From a virus (lineage: Duplodnaviria > Caudoviricetes), in the IMG/VR virus record IMGVR_UViG_3300029305_005547, positions 1 through 64,000 of that record: 64,000 nt of DNA; one strand, given 5' to 3'. Below are positions 40,364-50,788 of the stretch, one piece after another. Position 1 is the first letter of the stretch, and every line of letters starts with the position of its first letter. A program made the position numbers and the translations under genes. The notes beneath the pieces are model-generated. The model was not told the origin of the DNA and made no database searches. It saw nothing but the letters and a program-made list of their open reading frames with translations.

Positions 40364-41392
40364 ATGAGTAAAGATAAAACTTTATTTGGTTTCATAGGTA
40401 ATGTGTGTAAGCAGATTGCTGATGGACAGAAATCTGATGATGGTTCTCCTATTGCTACTGAAGCTGATGTAAGAGCAATTGTACAGGAGATGGTAACCGC
40501 TAATTTTATTAATGGGGCAATTGCTAACGAAAATGCAACTACTCCTACTGCAGAGACTGTTGTAGGTGAATATTTCATCTTTGGTAATGGTACTCCTCTT
40601 ACTATTAAGGAAAGAACTGATGGTGTTGAAGGATGTATTGTTGCATGGGATGGCGGAGAATTTTTGGTAGACACTTCTATCGTTACTACTGTATTTGGTG
40701 GTAGACATGATGATGAGACACCTACCAATTCTTCTATTACAATCGAAGGTGGTACTGTAAACCATGTTATCGGTGGCGGTCTTCATAAGGCATATACCGT
40801 AAATTCTAAGATTGTTATGAATGGTGGTACTGTAAGATCTATCCGTGCAGGTGCATGTGATCAGTGGATTGGTGATTGCAGCTGTGACAATGTTAAGTAT
40901 GGTGGTCCTATCGAAGAATCTTGGTGCCGTGTTGATAACGGTGAATTGATTCTTAATGCAGGTCATGTTACATATACCGTATTTGGTGGTAACAATGGAT
41001 TTGCAAGAATCAAGAATACATCTATTACTGTAGGTGAAGGAATGGTAATCGACGAGTATTTGTATGCTGGCGGTGCAAACGGATCTATCGAGAATGCTAA
41101 GCTGGTTATCAATGGTGGACAGATGAAGACTGTTGCAGGTTGCTGTAGAGGAATTATGGATACAATCGATATTACTGTAAATGGTGGTACTATTGAAAGC
41201 TTGTTTGCTGGTGGAGATGTTCCTTTTACTGGATCTCCTGAAGCTCCTAATGGTAGCGACAGTCATGGTAAATTTAATAAATCAACCGTTGCTATTAATG
41301 GTGGTGAGATCGGTCTTATCGCTGCAGGTGGAAATGATTACGTTGTACTTGAAGATGACGCTGAGTGTGTTGACATTGTTGACAATCGCTAA
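40364..41392 (+). CDS. Gly-rich beta-solenoid repeat protein (possible virion adhesin)
   Basis: repeats of ITIxGGTV..V(F/Y)(A/G)GG; late promoter AAACA TTATCG TAA. Confidence 0.65.
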   Translation: MSKDKTLFGFIGNVCKQIADGQKSDDGSPIATEADVRAIVQEMVTANFINGAIANENATTPTAETVVGEYFIFGNGTPLTIKERTDGVEGCIVAWDGGEFLVDTSIVTTVFGGRHDDETPTNSSITIEGGTVNHVIGGGLHKAYTVNSKIVMNGGTVRSIRAGACDQWIGDCSCDNVKYGGPIEESWCRVDNGELILNAGHVTYTVFGGNNGFARIKNTSITVGEGMVIDEYLYAGGANGSIENAKLVINGGQMKTVAGCCRGIMDTIDITVNGGTIESLFAGGDVPFTGSPEAPNGSDSHGKFNKSTVAINGGEIGLIAAGGNDYVVLEDDAECVDIVDNR

Positions 41393-41397
41393 AAATA

Positions 41398-41428
41398 ATG
41401 AAGAGGATGGAAATTCCATCCTCTTCAT
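41398..41428. terminator. intrinsic terminator
   Basis: 15-bp stem ATGAAGAGGATGGAA/TTCCATCCTCTTCAT. Confidence 0.8.
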
Positions 41429-41458
41429 ATTTATACTACTTTATTATCTCCATTATAT

Positions 41459-41518
41459 GAATCTGTAAGTCCCGAGAAATATCAAGACTTACAGAAAACT
41501 TACTTAACTAAATTCCGT
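41459..41518 (-). repeat. truncated (60-bp), cassette-less copy of the hairpin element
   Basis: GAATCTGTAAGTCCCGAGAAATATCAAGACTTACAGAAAACTTACTTAACTAAATTCCGT; lacks the TTACTATTTAGCTAAATAAA arm. Confidence 0.9.
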
Positions 41519-41643
41519 GACAACTTCACTATCACATCTATTTTAGATTAATACAAATCGTGATATAAATTATATCAATATTTTACTTATTTATTTTGTA
41601 GAAATATATTATTTCTATGAATAAAATATAGGAGGTACTTACA

Positions 41644-42006
41644 ATGGATGTAAGAATTCAAGTTGGTGACTATGTAAGACATTTCAAGAGAGAAACGCTC
41701 TCTGAAGAAGCAAAGGAAATACCTATGTATTTATATAGAGTATTAGCTATTGCTAAACATACTGAAACAGGGGAAGAACTTGTCATTTATCAGGCACAAT
41801 ATAATGATAAGCAAGTTTATGCTAGACCGAAAGATATGTTTTTATCAGAAGTTGATAAAGAAAAATATCCTGATATTAAACAAAAATATAGATTGGAAAA
41901 GGCATCTCCTCTTGAAGTTGCTTTGTGCGTAAGTAAGAATTGTAAAAGTATGGATGCTCTTGCATCTTTAGTATCTTTTGTGAATGGATTAGATCATGAA
42001 ATTTAA
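41644..42006 (+). CDS. DUF1653 family protein
   Basis: YVRHFK...[22 protein letters not shown]...[13 protein letters not shown]. Confidence 0.85.
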   Translation: MDVRIQVGDYVRHFKRETLSEEAKEIPMYLYRVLAIAKHTETGEELVIYQAQYNDKQVYARPKDMFLSEVDKEKYPDIKQKYRLEKASPLEVALCVSKNCKSMDALASLVSFVNGLDHEI

Positions 42007-42015
42007 GGAGATAAT

Positions 42016-42615
42016 ATGAAACTAAAATTATTTACAGTTCAGTATCCTGATGTTCTTTATAAAATAATGCAAAATGGTTATTATAGAACGGATATGTCTA
42101 AAACAGATTCATTCTTTTCTGACCATTATGGATTTATGATTGAACAAATGATTGATAGACATGTAGAATTTCCCAAAGGATTTTCAGACCCTTTTAAAAA
42201 CCCACCAGTATGGGCTTGGTACATATATGATGGTGAAAACAAAGTTCCTGATAATTTAGAAACTTGTGGTGTTGGTGTAGCAGGAGAAGAATATGTCTGT
42301 ATTGAATTTGAAATTGAAGAAGATGATGTTTTATTATCTGATTTTGATGCATGGCATAACGTCCTTAATAATTCATGGTATGAAGGAAGTTTATCAGAGC
42401 CTGAATATGATGCATTACATGAATGGTATGATAGATTACCTGGTAAGGAGAAAGAAATTCTTAAAACTATAAGTTGGGAACGAATTTTCGATATCGAGAA
42501 GTTTAAGAATGAATGGACTTCTAGAGGTTTTTATGTACAAGGTACTATTTGGGAATTGCGTAAGGAAATGATTACTAATGTACGTAAATTTGTAGCAAAA
42601 GAAATGGAAGAATAA
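42016..42615 (+). CDS. DUF3841-like protein
   Basis: LFTVQ, PVWAW, VLLSDFDAWHNVLN, SWERIFD, QGTIWEL. Confidence 0.75.
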   Translation: MKLKLFTVQYPDVLYKIMQNGYYRTDMSKTDSFFSDHYGFMIEQMIDRHVEFPKGFSDPFKNPPVWAWYIYDGENKVPDNLETCGVGVAGEEYVCIEFEIEEDDVLLSDFDAWHNVLNNSWYEGSLSEPEYDALHEWYDRLPGKEKEILKTISWERIFDIEKFKNEWTSRGFYVQGTIWELRKEMITNVRKFVAKEMEE

Positions 42616-42729
42616 TTCTGAAATTTAAGAGAAAGGATTTATTTTGTCAGTAGATCCTTTCTTTTTTTGTAATAATTTTCAATTTAAAAAACTACACTCA
42701 TTTAATCATAGGAACTAAAATGAGAAAGG

Positions 42730-43092
42730 ATGGTAATTAAAATGGCTTTAATAACAGCTGAAAGATTACATCGATGGAAATGTCTTTTTTGTGGTTCTAA
42801 GGATAAAAATATTATGTCGATTAGATTACCTATAAGAAAATCAGTCTCAAAAAATATTGATCCAAGTAATTACACTGAAGGTGTAAAAATAGTTACTTGT
42901 AGTCAATGTGGTAAAACTGAAATATTTGCTCATTCAGCATTAGCGATGATGGGTGTACTTACAGGTGATACCGTAACGATAGAAGAATCTGAAGAATTCG
43001 TAAACAAATTCCATGAGATGAACCATATTGATCCTAAGATCAATCCCCATGCAATACATGGACCAAAAATTAATAACAATGAAAATACCTAA
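42730..43092 (+). CDS. zinc-ribbon protein
   Basis: CLFCG...CSQCGKTE. Confidence 0.65.
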   Translation: MVIKMALITAERLHRWKCLFCGSKDKNIMSIRLPIRKSVSKNIDPSNYTEGVKIVTCSQCGKTEIFAHSALAMMGVLTGDTVTIEESEEFVNKFHEMNHIDPKINPHAIHGPKINNNENT

Positions 43093-43157
43093 AATGAAGG
43101 TTAAGATACTCGGATAATTTCGTAAACCAAATAAGTATGAAAAGAGGTTGACAAATT

Positions 43158-43922
43158 TTGAGTATTGAAAATGTAACAAATGTAGAAGATTCTTTCTTGT
43201 CTCAGGTTCCTGTGGCATTACTTGAAGAAAATATTTTGACTCAATTTCGTAATCCGGATAATTTCCGTATGGATTACATTGCATCATTCATCAGTTCATA
43301 TAAGTACTCTTTGGGTATGATTGAAGATGACGATGAAAAAATGGAACTTGTATCTCAGCATGATGAGTTCATGAATTTTATGCAGGATACATTATTTGAA
43401 AAACTTGGAATAGGAATAAATAATTTTGGAGAAATGTCTTATGAAGAACAGGAAGATCTTGTTCATTTTGTGTATCGTTTCTTCATTATTAATATGAAGC
43501 AGAACTTCTTTAATTTATTCCTAAATTATATCAACAGAAATAAGGAAATGCTTCTTGAAAATGCTGTGAGAAGAAAAGATGTAACATCTCAGGCTTTTAA
43601 GAGAGAACTTCCTGAGGAAGATACCATTATTCTTGCAAATCTTTCTGACATTATGAATTATGTCATTAATGATGCAGAATTAACCGTTGACGATTTCTTG
43701 GAACTATGTGAAGGAGAAAGTCCTTCAACTGAACTGACTTTAATGTCAGAATATTACGATGATTTTATAATTACTGGTAATTTCATTGAACGTTATACAC
43801 GTATGTTAAGAATTCCTATGCGAATTCGTATTGAAGGCGATATTCGAAATCGCATTTTGAAAAAGTATAGAGAAGAAAATCCTCTATTACCTCGTGAAAA
43901 CCAAGATACAATTGAAGAATAG
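43158..43922 (+). CDS. hypothetical acidic protein
   Basis: GAGG RBS, TTG start. Confidence 0.7.
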   Translation: MSIENVTNVEDSFLSQVPVALLEENILTQFRNPDNFRMDYIASFISSYKYSLGMIEDDDEKMELVSQHDEFMNFMQDTLFEKLGIGINNFGEMSYEEQEDLVHFVYRFFIINMKQNFFNLFLNYINRNKEMLLENAVRRKDVTSQAFKRELPEEDTIILANLSDIMNYVINDAELTVDDFLELCEGESPSTELTLMSEYYDDFIITGNFIERYTRMLRIPMRIRIEGDIRNRILKKYREENPLLPRENQDTIEE

Positions 43923-43972
43923 ACATATAATATTTTCATGAGAATAATCAAAGAAAGGATTGGTGGAACCTA

Positions 43973-44797
43973 ATGTGGGGAAACAACGCTAACAGATTAA
44001 ATACACAGAATGGTAGCAATGGATTAAATGTGAATACAAGGATTAAGAACTTTTCATCCGATGTATCATCACTGGCAGCTTCATTTTGGAACCAAAATTT
44101 TAGTATTACAATTAGTCCGGCTATTGGACCGGATGGAAATGGAATCATGCAATATGATCAGAATCGTCAAGGTAAAACAGCATTAACTTTGGATGCTTGT
44201 GAGGCATTGGTTGCTCAGTTTAATGAAGTAATATTGCCTGTTTATAACAGCGTAGTTTTGAATGGAGAAACATGTCCTGAATCTCTTGGTGTTACTGTAG
44301 AGACTGGTCGTGATCCTAAAAGAAACATCGTTGGAATTGAAATGATGGCTCCTACCGATGGTAGTGAGATTCCTGATATGTATTTCGTTTACTATGGAAT
44401 GGTAGATGCTAATAACATTGCATCTCCTGCAAGCACTTTCAAACATAAGTTTGCTAAGAGAGCGATCAGAATTGATTACAACCCTAACACAGGTGTTGCT
44501 AAGAAGGAAACATATGCTAATTCAGACTTCAATCTGTTTATGAATATGATTTCTAAGACGGAGTTGTTGCTCCCTTATTCTGAGCATGTTCGTAAGTACT
44601 CAAGTGAAAGATCTAAGTCTTTTACACCAAACAATGGAAATTCTTCTTATTCCGGTGGAAATAATAGTTACAACAATTATCAGAGCTCTGGCGTATCTAC
44701 AAATTTTGCATCATCCCCTAGTGGATTTGGCGGTGCAGGTTTTGGAATGCTTGGTGGAGCACTTGGCGGTGACGCTGAAGAATTACCGTTCAATTAA
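43973..44797 (+). CDS. probable single-stranded DNA-binding protein
   Basis: Gly/Asn/Ser-rich linker and acidic-aromatic tail DAEELPFN. Confidence 0.55.
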   Translation: MWGNNANRLNTQNGSNGLNVNTRIKNFSSDVSSLAASFWNQNFSITISPAIGPDGNGIMQYDQNRQGKTALTLDACEALVAQFNEVILPVYNSVVLNGETCPESLGVTVETGRDPKRNIVGIEMMAPTDGSEIPDMYFVYYGMVDANNIASPASTFKHKFAKRAIRIDYNPNTGVAKKETYANSDFNLFMNMISKTELLLPYSEHVRKYSSERSKSFTPNNGNSSYSGGNNSYNNYQSSGVSTNFASSPSGFGGAGFGMLGGALGGDAEELPFN

Positions 44798-44861
44798 AAG
44801 ATTTCTGAATGAGGAGAAGGTCGAAAGATCTTCTCCAATTTCTTTTTTGTGAGGTGATATA

Positions 44862-45587
44862 ATGATAGAAGGATCTAAAGACCCTGAAATTAACCGTATA
44901 CGGTTTAGATCATCAAACAAGATGTTTCAAAATTCATCTTGTATTTTTGTTGAATATATAGACTGCCTTCAAATACCTTGGTTTACTTTCCTTACTTTTT
45001 TTAAGGAAGAAACTAAATTTGACGAATTATTCAACATGAATGAAATACGATACCTATCACCAAGAGCATTACTTGGATGGTACTTTAACAGAAAAGAAAA
45101 AAATCCTTTAATGGAGTTATTAAAAGATGATAAACATATTTCACGTGAAGAGATGGATTCAATGTTAGCTTCTATAGTTAATACTGAAGAAATATTTTTC
45201 AACGTAAATATAGATACAAATATTCATCCTATTATTGGTAATTTGATTGCTAATGAAATTACAAAAAAGATAATTGTATATTATCCTGAAGAAAATGAAT
45301 ATGTTAAAAAAGACGTTCATGATAAATTTGGAGACTATGCAGAAGTTGTGTTTGGTGATATAAGACAAGTTCTTCAAAAGGTTCCTAAAGATACAACATA
45401 TTTCTTTTCTGATGTTATGCATTTATTAGTGATGGAAGAATTGAAGAAACTTGATTTTTCAGCAATTATGATTCCAAATAACTACAGATATAATTTTGTG
45501 GATGATGATAAAAAAGAGTATCTTGTTAATATGAAATATTTATCCGAAAAGTATGTATTCAAATGGGGTGTATATTCAGTTGCTTAA
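44862..45587 (+). CDS. hypothetical protein
   Basis: GAGGTG RBS. Confidence 0.7.
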   Translation: MIEGSKDPEINRIRFRSSNKMFQNSSCIFVEYIDCLQIPWFTFLTFFKEETKFDELFNMNEIRYLSPRALLGWYFNRKEKNPLMELLKDDKHISREEMDSMLASIVNTEEIFFNVNIDTNIHPIIGNLIANEITKKIIVYYPEENEYVKKDVHDKFGDYAEVVFGDIRQVLQKVPKDTTYFFSDVMHLLVMEELKKLDFSAIMIPNNYRYNFVDDDKKEYLVNMKYLSEKYVFKWGVYSVA

Positions 45588-45644
45588 TTTATGATTAATC
45601 GTAAAACACCACCATAACAATTTTATCATAAACGGAGGTACACA

Positions 45645-47708
45645 ATGTCAGAAAATCGTATGACATTCATTGATTCGGTTATTAAACATGACCCTGAAAT
45701 CAATGTAATCGAAAAAGATATTATGAATAGCAGAATCGCTCAGGTATTTGATCAGATTGCTGCTACTTTACAGAAATCTTTAGGACCTGTGGGTGCTCAT
45801 GCAATTATCTCACAGTCACCTAATTATCATGTAACAAAAGATGGTTTTACCATCATGAAAAACATCCGTTATAATTCAGAATATGGATATGTTGATAACG
45901 TTATTGCCGGAATGATTTCCGACATTTGTGGTAGACTTAACTTTGCAGTTGGTGATGGAACAACCAGTGCAGTTTTGTCTGCAAATTCTATGTATCAGAT
46001 TTTCAATAAAAGAAGTTCTGATATTCGTGAAATGTTTTTCTTGCCCAGAAACGTTTTGGCAAGAATGAAAGAATTAACAGAGATTATCGTTGAAAAGTTA
46101 TCAAACAAAGCTGTTGATATCAGATCACTTTCTATTGATGAAATGTGTGAATATATTAGACAGGTTGTATATGTATCTTCTAATGCAGATACTGAAATGA
46201 CTGATACTATCGTTAATCTTTACAGAGAAATTGGTTTCCCTGCAATTTCTGTAGTTAAAGCTGCAGATGGAATTACAAAGGGAAAAGTTGTTGAAGGTTT
46301 TATGTTTCATGCAAAACTCATGGACAGACTTTATATCAACAGCGATGATAATTGCCAACGTGGTAAAGACTATGATGTAGTTATTCTTGACCATAAAGTT
46401 ACTCTTAACTTTTACAAGAATATTCTTCGTCCTTTGTCTTTCATGTGTAAAATGCGTGGCAGGAAACTTATTTGTATTGCACCTAATTATGATGAGGTTG
46501 CTCTTCAGGGTGACATTCTGAATGATCTTAATGCAGAATACAGAAATACAAAAGATATTAACTTGGTACTCATGGGTTATCGTGCTACAAAGAATTCTGA
46601 CCGTAAGAGAATTCAGGATTTAGCTATGCTTTGTAATACACAGGTTGTTACACAGAGTGTAGAGTCTGAACTTATGAAGCGATCAGAAGTAGTTCTTAGC
46701 GGTTCAAGTGGAGATGTGGATATTAATAGATTCCTTGAATTTATTAACATTGATGAACGTAACATCCCTGGTATTAAAGTTATGGAAGTATCTGAAAATC
46801 AGATTCTGTTTGTTGATTACTATGATGGATACGAACCTGTTGTTAAAGTAAATGAATCTGATTTCGACTTCAGACTTGGTTACTGTGGTGCAGCTGATTT
46901 ATATCCGGATAAAGATTCTATCTTTACAAACTTTAAGTACGATGAAAGTCTGTATGAAAAGTATGTTTCGGATGCTAAGAAAGAACTCGATGATGCTATC
47001 GAGAAATATAAGAGACTTGGTACATTTAACTTTGAGACGGATGATGCTCAAAGACGTTACCTTGGTCTTAAACTTAAAATGGGAACTATTGAAGTTGGTT
47101 CCACTACTGACTTTAGTCAGGAATTTTTAAGAGATGCTATGGATGACGCAGTTAAAGCTGCAGAATCAGCATACAGAAATGGAGTTATCCTTGGTTGTCA
47201 TTCTTCATTGCTTGCAACTATTCGTGAAGAAATTGTAAATGGAGATTATTCAGGAAAGGATAAATTCCTGCTTCAAACTATGTTTGATGCTTTCCGGTAT
47301 GTAAGAAGTTGTGTACTTGCAAATGGATTTGATGATTGTGAAATTGAGATTACTGATATTGAAAGTCTGGATGATGCTATGTACGCTATCACTGAAGGAC
47401 TTGGAATTGAAGTTCGTTTCGCACATGATGAAAACACATTTGACGGATTTATGGAACATTTATCAAGTGTTGTAAATCCTGGTACACATATGAAGTTATT
47501 TGATTTCATTAATGAAATTGAGATTTATACCGGTACAGCGCTTGATCTTGATATGAGTGATACATTAAATCCTCACATCAATTTCAATACAAGAGTTGTA
47601 AACAGTGCAGCAACAGACAGAGAGATTCTGATTGCTTCATCAGATCTTGTAAGTTTGCTTACCACTGGTAATCAATTAGTAATTTCGAGAGGAAATTACG
47701 GAATGTAA
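45645..47708 (+). CDS. groEL: phage GroEL-like chaperonin
   Basis: SLGP.G, VTKDG, GDGTTSA, DDAVKAAESA..GVILG; late-type promoter at ~45604. Confidence 0.92.
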   Translation: MSENRMTFIDSVIKHDPEINVIEKDIMNSRIAQVFDQIAATLQKSLGPVGAHAIISQSPNYHVTKDGFTIMKNIRYNSEYGYVDNVIAGMISDICGRLNFAVGDGTTSAVLSANSMYQIFNKRSSDIREMFFLPRNVLARMKELTEIIVEKLSNKAVDIRSLSIDEMCEYIRQVVYVSSNADTEMTDTIVNLYREIGFPAISVVKAADGITKGKVVEGFMFHAKLMDRLYINSDDNCQRGKDYDVVILDHKVTLNFYKNILRPLSFMCKMRGRKLICIAPNYDEVALQGDILNDLNAEYRNTKDINLVLMGYRATKNSDRKRIQDLAMLCNTQVVTQSVESELMKRSEVVLSGSSGDVDINRFLEFINIDERNIPGIKVMEVSENQILFVDYYDGYEPVVKVNESDFDFRLGYCGAADLYPDKDSIFTNFKYDESLYEKYVSDAKKELDDAIEKYKRLGTFNFETDDAQRRYLGLKLKMGTIEVGSTTDFSQEFLRDAMDDAVKAAESAYRNGVILGCHSSLLATIREEIVNGDYSGKDKFLLQTMFDAFRYVRSCVLANGFDDCEIEITDIESLDDAMYAITEGLGIEVRFAHDENTFDGFMEHLSSVVNPGTHMKLFDFINEIEIYTGTALDLDMSDTLNPHINFNTRVVNSAATDREILIASSDLVSLLTTGNQLVISRGNYGM

Positions 47709-47722
47709 AATGAGGTGGATAT

Positions 47723-48556
47723 ATGGACAGAAACCTTTTAAAGGTAGATGATCCGACATATCAAACCTTAAGTGATTTTATTCATCACCCATTTGGTGTA
47801 CCCTTCACAGATGTTGGAGAAAAGCTTAATCCGAAATATGAAAAGTTTAAATCTATGATTTCTGTTGCAGGGTACTCCATTTTGGACGATTCCTATTATA
47901 TTCACATTAAGGTTCCGTCAGAATCATCACCTGGAAAATTTTATGATGTAGTCATACAGTTTATGCCGTATACTGAAACTATGAAGAAAGAACATATGCT
48001 CGATAATTATGTAATACAGTTCTTTTCCAATAGTCCAAGTTTCATTTATAAATATGCGGCATTATATAAACTTCATGGCTATATGATTGATGCTCTTCAG
48101 GAAAAATTGGATCCTGAATATGCAGATCGATTACCTGAATTATCAAACTCTGAAATGAAACTTATGTATGATAAATCTATTTATTTTGCAGTTAAGTTTC
48201 TTTACGAAAATTGTCTGACATATTTGTCTAAATCTGGTCTTCGTTACACCAAAAAACTTGAGTTTAGAAATTTGGTAGATTCCATTGTGGATAATAAAAC
48301 ATCTTTAAAGACATCAGCTTATGATGTTGAAAAGAAAGCTATTGCTGAAGGAAAAGCAGATACTTCAAAAATTCAAAAAGAAATGAAGCGTCTTTTTGGA
48401 AATAGATCTGGAAATAATATTCATCAAAAGAAAACAGCAGTAACTTCTACATTTCCTGGATCATCAGGTATTAAGCATACTCCTGTAAAATCAAAAAATA
48501 CAGGTAAAGCTAAGAAAGGAAAGGTTACATCCACAACGTCTACGAGGAGAAAGTAA
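47723..48556 (+). CDS. hypothetical protein with basic C-terminal tail
   Basis: lies between chaperonin and putative sigma-like subunit. Confidence 0.7.
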   Translation: MDRNLLKVDDPTYQTLSDFIHHPFGVPFTDVGEKLNPKYEKFKSMISVAGYSILDDSYYIHIKVPSESSPGKFYDVVIQFMPYTETMKKEHMLDNYVIQFFSNSPSFIYKYAALYKLHGYMIDALQEKLDPEYADRLPELSNSEMKLMYDKSIYFAVKFLYENCLTYLSKSGLRYTKKLEFRNLVDSIVDNKTSLKTSAYDVEKKAIAEGKADTSKIQKEMKRLFGNRSGNNIHQKKTAVTSTFPGSSGIKHTPVKSKNTGKAKKGKVTSTTSTRRK

Positions 48557-48627
48557 TATTATTTTGATTTATTCAAAATAGGGATATATTATTTATTCGT
48601 AGTACCAAAATAAAACAAGGAGAGACA

Positions 48628-50304
48628 GTGATGGGACGAAAAAAACGATCAGAAATTGAAGCTGAATTATTAGCAGCGAACGGGTCAGACGGACTTGCAA
48701 AACCTGTGATTGACAGGGCGACGATTAAAGCTCCTATTAACGTCTGGGTTCAGACGAAAGCAGAAACATACCTTGAGTATGATGTTCAGAAGTGTATTAT
48801 TCATTTCGATAAGATATTCGGTATTAAGAAGCTTGAAGCTTATAATCAATTTATTATTAAGAAAGATTCATATTCAAACCAGTTACCTATTATATGTAGA
48901 TATCTGAATTTCTTTATTCATGAATATGATATTGAACATGAACTTTTGATGATATACTTAAATCTCAAGTTCTCTATTGATAATGAAGATGGTGATATCT
49001 ATTTCAGTGGAGAGAACCAGCTTGAAGCATTTATTGAGTATATCTATCAGGTGATGTTTACCCCATCTATCATTGCTAAGATACATAATCTGGTAGAAGA
49101 TAATTATCTTGACGATATTGAAGTAGATGATGGTTCTAAAAAATACCTTACCAAGGAAAAGAAACATTTGGAGTCTTTGGAGTTTACGAATGAACATATC
49201 AAAACACTTCTTAAGATAAGTTTTGGTATTAAGATGATGACTCCTATTATATTCCATTATCTTGGTAAAAACAAGATTATTGTCAATAAGACTACTCCTC
49301 ATTTGTATAATGCATTTAAAGGTTTATTCAAAATCTTCAATGATACTTGTGATATGTATAACAAACTTTTTGTGTACGTAAAAACGAAAGTAATGGAGAA
49401 TAAGTCTAATAATGACAGAATGTATCAGCAAAGAGAAATTCTTGGTGTTGATGAATTTACTGTTATTCATCGATTTACAAGAGTTGTTCTTATAAGTGAA
49501 AACATTGTAAAGTTTAAGTTTAATGAAAACTGGGATGCATCTGCTAAGAAGTATAAAGAGAATGTGACCGGCTTTATTAAAACGATTATTAAATATCAAC
49601 TTATGTATTTCATTAAAGAACAGCACAGCAAAGGATTTACAGAGCTTACTTATGCAAGAAATGCGGATGGATTATCAGGCGTAGATAAAATGGAAATGCA
49701 GTTAGAGAAGCTCGATGAAGGTGCGATTATTATCGCGAAAGAATCTGTAAATAACGAGGTAGATAATCTGATTAAGGAATATGGATTCACTATTACGGAT
49801 GAGGAACTTGATTATTATGTTAAGAATTTCAATATTCAGCCGTTACATCAGCAACTTATCATGTCGTTGTTTGCATCAAATTTAGGATCATTTAGAAATA
49901 CTTTGGGTATTTCTCGTGTTAACTTTATTAAGTTAGCACTTATCCTTAAGAAACGAATTCTTAGAGAATCCGGTTTTGATAATACGAGTGTGTTTACAGA
50001 TAGAGTAGCACTTCCGTATATTTTAACAGGTAATATCAAAGAAAAGATTAATACGCGTTTGATTAGAAACGCTAAATTTAAAGAGGACTGCGAAGAAAGT
50101 TATATTATCGAAGACCTCTTAAAAAATAAGTATAGATATCTGGAAGAAATCGACAAAGATTGTATTATGGGAATTTTATCGACTATCAATAATACAGTAT
50201 TTACATATTGCTGTTATGAAAATCCGGACGTATTCGGACAAGAGATTGATGTTGAGAAAAATTCAATTACAGATGAACTTGGTTTCTTCTTAAGAACTAT
50301 TTAA
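48628..50304 (+). CDS. probable promoter-specificity (sigma-like) subunit of non-virion RNAP
   Basis: 558-aa helical protein two genes after the chaperonin (as AR9 gp228/gp226); own early promoter at 48585; no diagnostic motif confirmed. Confidence 0.5.
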   Translation: MMGRKKRSEIEAELLAANGSDGLAKPVIDRATIKAPINVWVQTKAETYLEYDVQKCIIHFDKIFGIKKLEAYNQFIIKKDSYSNQLPIICRYLNFFIHEYDIEHELLMIYLNLKFSIDNEDGDIYFSGENQLEAFIEYIYQVMFTPSIIAKIHNLVEDNYLDDIEVDDGSKKYLTKEKKHLESLEFTNEHIKTLLKISFGIKMMTPIIFHYLGKNKIIVNKTTPHLYNAFKGLFKIFNDTCDMYNKLFVYVKTKVMENKSNNDRMYQQREILGVDEFTVIHRFTRVVLISENIVKFKFNENWDASAKKYKENVTGFIKTIIKYQLMYFIKEQHSKGFTELTYARNADGLSGVDKMEMQLEKLDEGAIIIAKESVNNEVDNLIKEYGFTITDEELDYYVKNFNIQPLHQQLIMSLFASNLGSFRNTLGISRVNFIKLALILKKRILRESGFDNTSVFTDRVALPYILTGNIKEKINTRLIRNAKFKEDCEESYIIEDLLKNKYRYLEEIDKDCIMGILSTINNTVFTYCCYENPDVFGQEIDVEKNSITDELGFFLRTI

Positions 50305-50376
50305 CTTGGTAACGACCTCATGGATTACTAGATAATAGTATCCATGAGGTTTTGTATGAAAGGTTAGTGAAATAAT

Positions 50377-50778
50377 ATGGGAAAAATTTTAGATAAACTT
50401 TTTAAGAAAGAACAACCTAAAACTGAGAAGAAAGGTTATTTGTTAGTTGTTACTTATGAAACAAGTGAACATGCTACAGTTAACCATGTCTTCAATAGGG
50501 AAGAGAAAAAATTTATTCGTAAAAAGATCTTTGCTGCAAACACAATTGCATCAGAATCATATTTCTCTGATATCAATGAAATGATTGACGAAATCAATAA
50601 TCATAGAGAATATAAAAGGTTTCTTGCAGGTAATAATGTAACTACGATTTTGTATGTAGAATCTACAGTTACATTAGTTGATGGTACTTATGTAAATAAG
50701 ACGACAAGCGTACCATTTTTCTATGTGCCTTCAAGATTAAAGCTTGAGGTAAATGAAAGTAAAATGAATAAGAATTGA
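50377..50778 (+). CDS. hypothetical protein
   Basis: ORF with RBS. Confidence 0.7.
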   Translation: MGKILDKLFKKEQPKTEKKGYLLVVTYETSEHATVNHVFNREEKKFIRKKIFAANTIASESYFSDINEMIDEINNHREYKRFLAGNNVTTILYVESTVTLVDGTYVNKTTSVPFFYVPSRLKLEVNESKMNKN

Positions 50779-50788
50779 GGTAAAACAG

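Noticed and set aside
40382-41266. 294-aa minus-strand Thr/Ser/Ile-rich ORF
   Set aside because: Antisense shadow of the Gly-rich repeat gene.
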